Positions 8,234 to 14,457 of a stretch of DNA of 14,457 nucleotides are shown here, piece by piece (position 1 is the stretch's first letter; every line of letters begins with the position of its first letter). Position numbers and translations under genes: made by a program. Under the pieces are notes generated by a model, which worked only from the letters and a program-made list of their open reading frames with translations, searched no databases and was not told the origin of the DNA. Origin of the DNA: Chitinophagaceae bacterium (lineage in GTDB: Bacteria; Bacteroidota; Bacteroidia; Chitinophagales; Chitinophagaceae); NCBI GenBank assembly GCA_031976225.1, contig DALYLQ010000006.1, positions 1,485 to 15,941 on the forward strand, written 5' to 3'.

Positions 8234-9148
8234 ATGACAACAACCATAACTCCACCTTATTTACAACCCGGCGATACAATTGCCATTACTTGCCCCGCAG
8301 GTTTCTTACCACATCACAAGGTAGAAGCTTGTGTAGCAACTTTGCAACTTTGGGGCTTTCGTGTAATCGTTGGCAATACAGTTGGCAATCAACATCATTA
8401 TTTCGCAGGCACTATCGAAGAAAGAAAAACAGAAATTCAAAACTTCTTAAACGATACTACCATTCAAGCCATTTTATGTGGTAGAGGTGGCTACGGTGTT
8501 AGTCAGATAATTGATACGCTAAATTTTGAGGTATTCAAGCAGCATCCCAAATGGTTATTAGGATTTAGCGATATTACCCTACTGCTCAACCATGTACTAG
8601 CTAATTATCAAGTAGCAAGTATGCACTGTTCAATGGCGGCAGCATTTACAAAGGAGCAACCTCAACCATTGCATATTCAAGCAATACACACATTACTTAC
8701 GGGAGGCAAGCAGGCTATTACGCAAGCTTTCAATCAACATAATGTACAAGGCATAGGAGCCGGAACGCTTATTGGTGGCAACCTCACTTTAATGGCACAT
8801 ATAATGGGTACAAATAGTTTACCGCAAGGTAACAACTACCTACTTTTCCTAGAAGATGTAGGCGAGTATTTGTACAATATCGATCGTATGTTGCACCAAT
8901 TAAAGCGAGCTGGTTTGTGGCAGCAAGTGAAAGGCATTATCGTCGGCGGATTTACCGATATGAAAGATACTACGATACCTTACGGTAAAAGTATAAACGC
9001 TATTGTTAGCGAGCACCTGCATGCGTTGAACATACCAGTGGCATTCGATATGCCTATCAGCCACGGCGAGCCTAACTATCCTGTAAAAGTAGGCGGATAC
9101 TACCAACTACACGTACACGAAGCTGGCGCTATACTACAAGAAATGTAA
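8234..9148 (+). CDS. Second LD-carboxypeptidase (S66) paralog of 304 aa with no signal peptide, so presumably cytoplasmic.
   Basis: Its ATG directly abuts the previous TAA (..GCGTAAATG..). It has [20 protein letters not shown] and GFSDIT. It is clearly paralogous to the preceding gene. Confidence 0.8.
   Translation: MTTTITPPYLQPGDTIAITCPAGFLPHHKVEACVATLQLWGFRVIVGNTVGNQHHYFAGTIEERKTEIQNFLNDTTIQAILCGRGGYGVSQIIDTLNFEVFKQHPKWLLGFSDITLLLNHVLANYQVASMHCSMAAAFTKEQPQPLHIQAIHTLLTGGKQAITQAFNQHNVQGIGAGTLIGGNLTLMAHIMGTNSLPQGNNYLLFLEDVGEYLYNIDRMLHQLKRAGLWQQVKGIIVGGFTDMKDTTIPYGKSINAIVSEHLHALNIPVAFDMPISHGEPNYPVKVGGYYQLHVHEAGAILQEM
8976..8989 (-). repeat. Copy 6 of the recurrent motif, located inside the coding sequence: TACCTTACGGTAAA, the reverse complement of TTTACCGTAAGGTA.
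   Basis: Exact 14-mer embedded in the codons for IPYGKS of the second LD-carboxypeptidase. It lies about 275 nt upstream of the fumC start. Confidence 0.5.
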
Positions 9149-9264
9149 CAACGCTACAACAAAGCACACTTCCGTTAATATTGATACAAAGCAGGGCAAT
9201 TACTGATAAATTCCATTGGTTACTCAACAGTTTTCGCCCACCTTTGCCGCACAAAATTATTGCC

Positions 9265-10665
9265 ATGGAATACCGTATAGAAAAAGATACGATGGGTAAG
9301 GTACAAGTACCTGCTCACGTGTATTGGGGTGCTCAAACGCAACGCAGTATCGAAAATTTCAAAATTGCGCAAGACATCAACAAAATGCCGAAAGAAATCA
9401 TTCAGGCATTTGCATACTTAAAGCATGCTGCGGCACTTGCCAATAACGAATTGGGCGTTTTACCCACTGAAAAGAAAGATGCTATTGCTACTGTATGCCA
9501 AGAAATTTTAGAAGGTAAGTTGGCCGATCAGTTTCCGTTGGTAGTATGGCAAACCGGTAGCGGCACACAAAGTAACATGAACGTGAACGAGGTAATTGCC
9601 TACCGTGCACACGTAATTAACGGTGGTTCATTACTCGATGAACAAAAATTCTTGCATCCGAACGACGATGTGAATAAAAGCCAAAGCTCTAACGATACGT
9701 TTCCAACAGCCATGCATATTGCAGCATACAAAATGTTGGTAGAGGTAACCATACCAGGCATTGAAAAACTACGTGATACCCTTGCGGCAAAAAGCAAAGC
9801 ATTCATGAATGTAGTTAAAATTGGGCGCACCCATTTTATGGATGCAACTCCACTTACCTTGGGTCAAGAATTTAGTGGTTATGTAAGCCAATTAAATCAT
9901 GGTTTAAAAGCCATCAAAAATAGCCTTGCACACCTCAGCGAATTAGCTTTGGGCGGTACTGCTGTGGGCACTGGCATTAATACCCCGAAAGGTTACGATG
10001 TTGTAGTTGCCAAACATATTGCTGCGCTTACAGGCCTGCCTTTTGAAACAGCAGAAAACAAATTCGAAGCGTTGGCAGCTCACGATGCCATCGTAGAAGC
10101 GCATGGTGCGTTGAAAACAGTAGCCGTAAGCCTTATGAAAATTGCTAACGATATCCGCATGTTATCGTCGGGGCCACGCTCAGGTATTGGCGAAATTTTC
10201 ATACCCGATAACGAGCCAGGAAGCTCTATTATGCCGGGCAAGGTTAACCCAACCCAATGTGAGGCACTTACTATGATTGCAGCACAGGTATTAGGTAACG
10301 ACGTTGCTATTAATATTGGTGGTGCTAATGGCCACTTCGAACTAAACGTGTTCAAGCCGGTAATGATTTATAACTTCTTGCACAGTGCCCGCTTAATTGG
10401 CGATGGCTGTGTAAGCTTTAACGATAAATGTGCAGAAGGTATTGAACCGCTGCACGATAACATCAAAAAACACGTTGATAATAGTTTAATGTTGGTAACT
10501 GCTTTAAACACCAAAATAGGCTACTACAAAGCAGCCGAAATTGCACAAACAGCCCACAAAAACGGCAGTACTTTAAAAGAAACTGCTGTTGCACTTGGTT
10601 ATCTTACCGCTGAAGAATTTGACCAATGGGTAATTCCGGGTAATATGGTTGGCGACATTAAGTAA
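9265..10665 (+). CDS. fumC: Class II fumarate hydratase (fumarase C), 467 aa.
   Basis: [13 protein letters not shown] and the signature [19 protein letters not shown] are the fumarase-type variants, not the aspartase-type ones. The start at the internal Met 9265 ([13 protein letters not shown]...) is the conserved FumC N-terminus. The track ORF beginning at 9181 looks like a spurious upstream extension. Confidence 0.9.
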   Translation: MEYRIEKDTMGKVQVPAHVYWGAQTQRSIENFKIAQDINKMPKEIIQAFAYLKHAAALANNELGVLPTEKKDAIATVCQEILEGKLADQFPLVVWQTGSGTQSNMNVNEVIAYRAHVINGGSLLDEQKFLHPNDDVNKSQSSNDTFPTAMHIAAYKMLVEVTIPGIEKLRDTLAAKSKAFMNVVKIGRTHFMDATPLTLGQEFSGYVSQLNHGLKAIKNSLAHLSELALGGTAVGTGINTPKGYDVVVAKHIAALTGLPFETAENKFEALAAHDAIVEAHGALKTVAVSLMKIANDIRMLSSGPRSGIGEIFIPDNEPGSSIMPGKVNPTQCEALTMIAAQVLGNDVAINIGGANGHFELNVFKPVMIYNFLHSARLIGDGCVSFNDKCAEGIEPLHDNIKKHVDNSLMLVTALNTKIGYYKAAEIAQTAHKNGSTLKETAVALGYLTAEEFDQWVIPGNMVGDIK

Positions 10666-10696
10666 GCTACACTTACGTGTAAATGATTGCAATATA

Positions 10697-10726
10697 AAAG
10701 CCCCGTTATCAAGCGGGGCTTTTGCT
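10697..10726 (+). terminator. Rho-independent terminator of fumC.
   Basis: Stem AAAAGCCCCG (10697-10706), loop TTATCAAG, stem CGGGGCTTTT (10715-10724). Confidence 0.8.
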
Positions 10727-11114
10727 TGCCTACTATTATCTATCTATACAATAATTACGCTACGTGAGTAATTATCCCAACATCTACCCTTTTATCCCAT
10801 CATTTCGCCACTCATCACACATACATTGCCAATAGTATGGATGTACTTACCAATCATCCCGATTGCACTAGGTGCATGAATAGCCGTAGGTATATCTTTG
10901 ACACTTCAAACTAATCAGCGCTGCGGCGCACTATTATGACTGCTTATATTGCTTCGTTATTATTCAATTTTCGCCAAAGAGTGAAACCACCAGAAGCATA
11001 ATTTATTCATCTCATTTTATTATTTCTTGTTGTTGTTGGCTGCATGTTGGCTTACATGTATAGCCGGTAATACTTGCTTTGCTGCTTATCCAATAGCACA
11101 AGACTTAATATTCT

Positions 11115-11129
11115 ATTTACCGTAAGGTA
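11115..11129 (+). repeat. Copy 7 of the recurrent motif: ATTTACCGTAAGGTA.
   Basis: Lies 30 nt upstream of the flotillin start. It is followed by an AT-rich stretch with TAAATTTTA, which resembles the Bacteroidetes -7 box TAnnTTTG. Confidence 0.6.
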
Positions 11130-11158
11130 TTATAATTTCATATCATAAATTTTATAAC

Positions 11159-13075
11159 ATGACATCGTTCTTATGGAGCTATGGATGGCTCTTTGTATTA
11201 ATGCTAGCATTGATTTTGTACAAACAAGTTTTGCGGATTTTCTTTGGTATGGTGATTGTACCCGAAGATAAAATTGGCTTAGTTACGAAAAAATTTGTGC
11301 TCTTTGGTGAACCTAAAGCCCTACCCGATGGGCGTATTATTGCTACTAAAGGTGAAGCGGGCTTTCAAGCTACAACACTAGCCCCTGGCTTGTATTGGTG
11401 GATGTGGCCTTGGCAATATGGTATTGACATGCATTCGTTCACGGTAATTCCGGAGGGTAAAATTGGCTTAGTACTTTCAAACGATGGTGCTGAACTTCCA
11501 ACAGGTAATATTTTAGCTCGAAAAGTAGAGTGTGATAACTTTCAAGACACAACTGCATTTCTTAGTAATGGTGGACAAAAAGGTAGACAAACACATGTGT
11601 TAACACCAGGTACCTACCGTATTAACACCTTTGCTTTTACTGTTACCATTGCAGAAATGACCATCATCAATGAAAATAAGGTGGGTGTTGTTACGACTTT
11701 AGATGGTGAACCATTACCTAGTAATCAAATTGCTGGTAGGCATATTGAAGGGCATAACAACTTCCAAGACGTTGATAGCTTCTTGGTACACGGGGGTAAT
11801 AGAGGCTTACAACCACAAGTAATTTTAGCAGGTAGCTACTATATTAATCCATGGGCTATTCAAATTGAGGAAATTTGGATGACAGAAGTACCTATTGGTA
11901 ATGTTGGTGTGGTAATCAGCTATATCGGAGAGGAAGGAACCGACTTAACAGGCGATGGGTTTAAGCATGGCAATATTGTAAGTAAAGGCTTTAAAGGTGT
12001 GTGGATGGAACCTTTAGGTCCGGGTAAATATCCCGTTAATAAATATACCATGAAGGTTGAATTGGTACCTACCACAAACTTAGTACTCAATTGGGCCAAT
12101 GCTCGCAGTGAAGCACATGCCCTTGATAAGAACCTAAGTACTATTACAGTGCGTAGTAAAGATGGTTTCCCTTTTAACCTAGATGTAGCACAGATTATAC
12201 ACGTACCAGCCAATGAAGCTCCTAAGGTAATTGCACGTTTTGGTAGCATGACCAATTTAGTAAGTCAGGTACTAGAACCAACTATTGGTAACTACTTCCG
12301 TAACTCTGCTCAAGACAGTGATGTGATTTCGTTCTTAACAACACGTAAAGAACGCCAACAAGCCGCTAAAAATCATATCAAAGAAGTATTAGATGAGTAT
12401 AATGTTTATGCAGTAGACACTTTAATTGGTGATATTGTTCCGCCCGAAGCACTCATGAAAACCTTAACGGATCGCAAAATTGCTGAGGAAGAACAAAAAA
12501 CCTATCAAACCCAACGTATGGCACAAGAGCAGCGCCAAGGAGTTGAAAAAGAAACGGCTATTGCTGATATGCAGAAAGAAATTGTAAAAGCGCAACAAAG
12601 TGTAGAAATTGCACAGCGTACCGCCGATGCAGCCGTTAAAAAAGCTGAGGGTGATGCTACTAGTTTAAAACTGCAAGTAAATGCCGAAGCTGAGGCCACA
12701 AAAATGCGAGCTATCGCTGAAGCAGAAGCTACTAAAGCTAGAGCCGGAGCACAAGCAGAAGCTACCAAACTAAATGCTTCTGCCGATGCTGAACGTATTT
12801 CAAAAACGGGCCTAGCAGAAGCCGAAAAAATCATGGCAATTGGTAAGAGTACCGCCGAAGCCTACGAATTACAAGTAAAAGCTATGGGTAACGATAACTT
12901 CACTCGATTCAAAATAACGGAAGCCATTGGTAAAGAAAACATAAAAATAATTCCAGATGTTTTAATTAGTGGCGGCAATGGCACCGATGGAAGCATTAGT
13001 GGCTTGCTCGGTTTGAAATTAATGGATATGCTTCAAGATAAAAATACACTTGAAACACAATCTACTAATAGCTAA
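11159..13075 (+). CDS. Flotillin-family SPFH/band-7 membrane scaffold protein of 638 aa. It has an N-terminal TM anchor, four tandem 60-75-aa repeats, an SPFH core and a C-terminal Ala/Glu-rich flotillin coiled coil.
   Basis: N-terminal helix SYGWLFVLMLALILY. Repeats begin VPEDKIGLV, IPEGKIGLV, INENKVGVV and VPIGNVGVV, each with LP.G.I...NFQD..FL..GG..G.Q..V..G.Y.IN. SPFH core DVISFLTTRKERQQAAKNHIKEVLDEYNVYAVDTLIGDIVPPEALMKTLTDRKIAEEE. EA repeats AEAEATKMRAIAEAEATKARAGAQAEATK. Confidence 0.85.
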   Translation: MTSFLWSYGWLFVLMLALILYKQVLRIFFGMVIVPEDKIGLVTKKFVLFGEPKALPDGRIIATKGEAGFQATTLAPGLYWWMWPWQYGIDMHSFTVIPEGKIGLVLSNDGAELPTGNILARKVECDNFQDTTAFLSNGGQKGRQTHVLTPGTYRINTFAFTVTIAEMTIINENKVGVVTTLDGEPLPSNQIAGRHIEGHNNFQDVDSFLVHGGNRGLQPQVILAGSYYINPWAIQIEEIWMTEVPIGNVGVVISYIGEEGTDLTGDGFKHGNIVSKGFKGVWMEPLGPGKYPVNKYTMKVELVPTTNLVLNWANARSEAHALDKNLSTITVRSKDGFPFNLDVAQIIHVPANEAPKVIARFGSMTNLVSQVLEPTIGNYFRNSAQDSDVISFLTTRKERQQAAKNHIKEVLDEYNVYAVDTLIGDIVPPEALMKTLTDRKIAEEEQKTYQTQRMAQEQRQGVEKETAIADMQKEIVKAQQSVEIAQRTADAAVKKAEGDATSLKLQVNAEAEATKMRAIAEAEATKARAGAQAEATKLNASADAERISKTGLAEAEKIMAIGKSTAEAYELQVKAMGNDNFTRFKITEAIGKENIKIIPDVLISGGNGTDGSISGLLGLKLMDMLQDKNTLETQSTNS

Positions 13076-13080
13076 AATAT

Positions 13081-13099
13081 GGGGCGGCTTAGCCGCCCC
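13081..13099 (+). other. GC-rich stem-loop of GGGGCGG, a 5-nt loop and CCGCCCC. It is a possible weak terminator or RNA-processing element between the flotillin gene and the lipoprotein gene.
   Basis: Seen directly in the sequence. No T-tract follows on the + strand, so rho-independent termination here is uncertain. Confidence 0.4.
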
Positions 13100-13151
13100 A
13101 CAAGCAAAAACCATCCAGAAAGTATTTAATTTGATACATCAACATAAACAC

Positions 13152-13475
13152 ATGTCACGTATTACAACTACTACCCTAGCTGCAATATTGCTAGTACTAT
13201 TTAGCTGCAACGATAAAAATGAAGATATTACGGAAGATGTTAACCGTAAAGGAGCTGTTGAAAGCAGCATGAGTGTTGAACATATTGATAGCCTGCACGA
13301 CCTACTCATTACCAAACATACCGTTTGGCACAATGGAGCCGTTGCAAGGGTATTTGAACATAGAGATACCTTACCGGCTCTCGGCGATACACTCACTGAA
13401 GCTGAAAACAACGAAGGCGATACCAAACAAATTCTAGTGAAAAAAGATTATGAAATTTTCATTACCATTAAGTAA
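13152..13475 (+). CDS. Small hypothetical lipoprotein, 107 aa.
   Basis: The track ORF starts at TTG 13050 and overlaps the flotillin stop. The internal ATG at 13152 gives MSRITTTTLAAILLVLFSC NDKNED, a signal peptide ending in a lipobox-like LFSC and then an acidic mature N-terminus. I see no recognisable domain. Confidence 0.5.
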   Translation: MSRITTTTLAAILLVLFSCNDKNEDITEDVNRKGAVESSMSVEHIDSLHDLLITKHTVWHNGAVARVFEHRDTLPALGDTLTEAENNEGDTKQILVKKDYEIFITIK

Positions 13476-13489
13476 CTACGCAACAACAC

Positions 13490-13834
13490 ATGAAAAAATC
13501 TAAACATATAGAACTAGTATTAATTACCGCAGCACTGGCAAGCTGTAACCAACCCAAATACAAAAACAACGAGTGGGAAAGCGGTAACAAAACCTATGTT
13601 CGTGCCGATAGCACAGCACCATATACGCGTACACATTACCACGGTGGTGGTGTAGGCCGCTGGTTCTATGCCTTCAGACCTTATGGCGAGTATAACAGTT
13701 TTCAAAATGGCTACAGTAAAGCTGGTTATTATTCTAACGCTATCAGCGAAAAAAGCAACATTGGTTATAACAACAATAAATTCGGCATTGTACGTGGCGG
13801 CTTTGGTCGTAGCTCTTACAGTGCTAGTAGCTAA
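13490..13834 (+). CDS. Small Gly/Tyr/Asn-rich lipoprotein of 114 aa. It may be a DUF1190 (YgiB/YjfM)-like partner of the downstream ATP-grasp gene.
   Basis: MKKSKHIELVLITAALASC NQ.. has a lipoprotein signal and lipobox LASC. The body is low-complexity and Gly/Tyr-rich, ending GIVRGGFGRSSYSASS. It sits directly upstream of a YgiC-like gene, as ygiB and yjfM do in enterobacteria. The homology is inferred and not verified. Confidence 0.5.
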   Translation: MKKSKHIELVLITAALASCNQPKYKNNEWESGNKTYVRADSTAPYTRTHYHGGGVGRWFYAFRPYGEYNSFQNGYSKAGYYSNAISEKSNIGYNNNKFGIVRGGFGRSSYSASS

Positions 13835-13873
13835 GCATTTACCGTAAGGTGATAACTGCCTTACGGCAAATGC
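13835..13873. repeat. Copies 8 and 9 of the recurrent motif arranged as a 15-bp imperfect inverted repeat around a 9-nt spacer. It could form a hairpin or be a dyad operator.
   Basis: GCATTTACCGTAAGG (13835-13849), then TGATAACTG, then CCTTACGGCAAATGC (13859-13873). There is one mismatch (A/G), the same variant position as in the 625/721 pair. It lies between the lipoprotein stop (13834) and the ATP-grasp start (13906). Confidence 0.65.
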
Positions 13874-13905
13874 TAACGCTATCAATATTATTTTAATATT
13901 ATTAC

Positions 13906-14457
13906 ATGCAACGACATATTATTACGCCGCGACATCAATGGCAACATGCGGTGGAAAAATTAGGCTTTGGCTTTCACACACATCCCATAGCCTATTGGGA
14001 TGAATCAACAGCCTACAGCTTTTCTATGAACGAAATAGTGGCATTAGAAAAAGCCACATCAACACTTTGGGATATGTGCCTTAGTGCAGTACAACACATT
14101 ATTGATGAAGAACGCTACACGCAGCTAAGCGTACCAACAACAGCAATACACCTCATAGAAAAAAGTTGGCAAGAAGATCATCCGTCTATTTACGGACGCT
14201 TCGATTTGTGCTATAAAAACAATGAAATCAAACTTTTAGAATTCAATGCCGATACACCTACAAGCTTATTTGAAGCTGGTATTGTGCAATGGTTTTGGCT
14301 AAAAGATATTGATGCCAATAAAGATCAATTCAATAGCATACACGAAAAACTGATTGATTATTGGAAGTATCTTAAAAACTATCTGCATAACGATACACTT
14401 TATTTTACCTGCTTAAAAGAAACGCTTGAAGACCTTACAAATACAGAGTATCTACGC
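13906..14457 (+). CDS. Glutathionylspermidine synthetase-like ATP-grasp protein (GSP_synth family, YgiC/YjfC-type). The N-terminal 184 aa are present and the gene continues past the window end.
   Basis: ATG at 13906, with frame 1 open to the last base. My translation is MQRHIITPRHQWQHAVEKLGFGFHT...RFDLCYKNNEIKLLEFNADTPTSLFEAGIVQWFWL...DQFNSIHEKLIDYWK. This matches my recollection of the conserved pre-ATP-grasp region of E. coli YgiC/YjfC (a ...KLLE.NADTPTSLYE... block). It is absent from the supplied ORF track because no stop codon falls within the window. Confidence 0.8.
   Translation, partial: MQRHIITPRHQWQHAVEKLGFGFHTHPIAYWDESTAYSFSMNEIVALEKATSTLWDMCLSAVQHIIDEERYTQLSVPTTAIHLIEKSWQEDHPSIYGRFDLCYKNNEIKLLEFNADTPTSLFEAGIVQWFWLKDIDANKDQFNSIHEKLIDYWKYLKNYLHNDTLYFTCLKETLEDLTNTEYLR

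Noticed and set aside
9181-9264. A 28-codon N-terminal extension on the fumC ORF ([28 protein letters not shown]).
   Set aside because: The conserved FumC N-terminus begins at [11 protein letters not shown] (9265). The extension has no homology-like character and would overlap the intergenic region.
3467-10355. Other shadow ORFs: 3467..3679 (+), 4891..5163 (+), 6795..7007 (-), 8209..8484 (+), 8900..9106 (-), 9600..9830 (-), 10080..10355 (-).
   Set aside because: They are embedded in or antisense to the histidine kinase, permease, LD-carboxypeptidase and fumC genes. They have no independent support.
10837-11001. Two tiny ORFs in the long intergenic gap: 10837-10914 (25 aa) and 10936-11001 (21 aa).
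   Set aside because: They are too short and have no signal peptide, TM or conserved character. I mention them only as possibilities inside the long-gap finding.
12505-12834. A 109-aa minus-strand ORF rich in Ala/Ser/Phe (MIFSASARPVFEIRSASAEAF...).
   Set aside because: It is the antisense reading of the GCT/GAA-rich flotillin EA-repeat region. It is a low-complexity mirror artefact inside a well-supported + strand gene.
13050-13151. TTG-initiated extension of the first lipoprotein ORF, overlapping the flotillin stop.
   Set aside because: It would place 34 residues ahead of the signal peptide. The ATG at 13152 gives a canonical lipoprotein N-terminus.
625-13873. Whether the motif copies mark an insertion sequence or transposon.
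   Set aside because: There is no transposase, integrase or recombinase ORF anywhere in the window. The copies are dispersed singly, not as terminal repeats of a gene-carrying element. I treat it as a small intergenic repeat or regulatory motif.
11920-13885. Shadow ORFs 11920..12255 (-), 13139..13426 (-) and 13520..13885 (-).
   Set aside because: They are antisense to the flotillin gene and the two lipoprotein genes. The sense-strand genes have signal peptides or domain motifs, and the antisense ones do not.
1-14457. CRISPR arrays, tRNA and rRNA genes.
   Set aside because: There are no regularly spaced direct repeats and no sequences with tRNA T-loop or acceptor character. There are no long ORF-free structured regions apart from the 430-bp gap, which lacks rRNA or tRNA signatures.

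Overview
The window looks like a chromosomal segment from a Bacteroidetes-type genome. The fumC start [11 protein letters not shown], the HCDH-then-ECH domain order of the fatty-acid oxidation protein, the short leaders and the roughly 40% GC all point that way. Gene order is: 3' end of metG (+); a bifunctional 3-hydroxyacyl-CoA dehydrogenase/enoyl-CoA hydratase (+); a bidirectional terminator; a small exported protein and an orphan multi-TM sensor histidine kinase (both -); a divergent ABC-2 ATPase and permease pair (+); two tandem LD-carboxypeptidase (S66) paralogs, one exported and one cytoplasmic (+); fumC (+); a 430-bp non-coding gap; a 638-aa flotillin/SPFH protein with four internal N-terminal repeats and a C-terminal EA-repeat coiled coil (+); two small lipoproteins (+); and the 5' part of a glutathionylspermidine-synthetase-like (YgiC/YjfC-type) ATP-grasp gene running off the window end, which the ORF track missed. 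I found no rRNA or tRNA genes, CRISPR arrays, transposases or integrases. Two things stand out. First, a 13-16 bp motif (consensus yATTTACCGTAAGGTA) occurs nine times in both orientations. It sits in almost every intergenic region, twice as inverted pairs that could form hairpins, and once inside a coding region. Second, the flotillin - lipoprotein - Gly/Tyr-rich lipoprotein - YgiC-like ATP-grasp cluster looks like a candidate membrane-associated system of unknown function.
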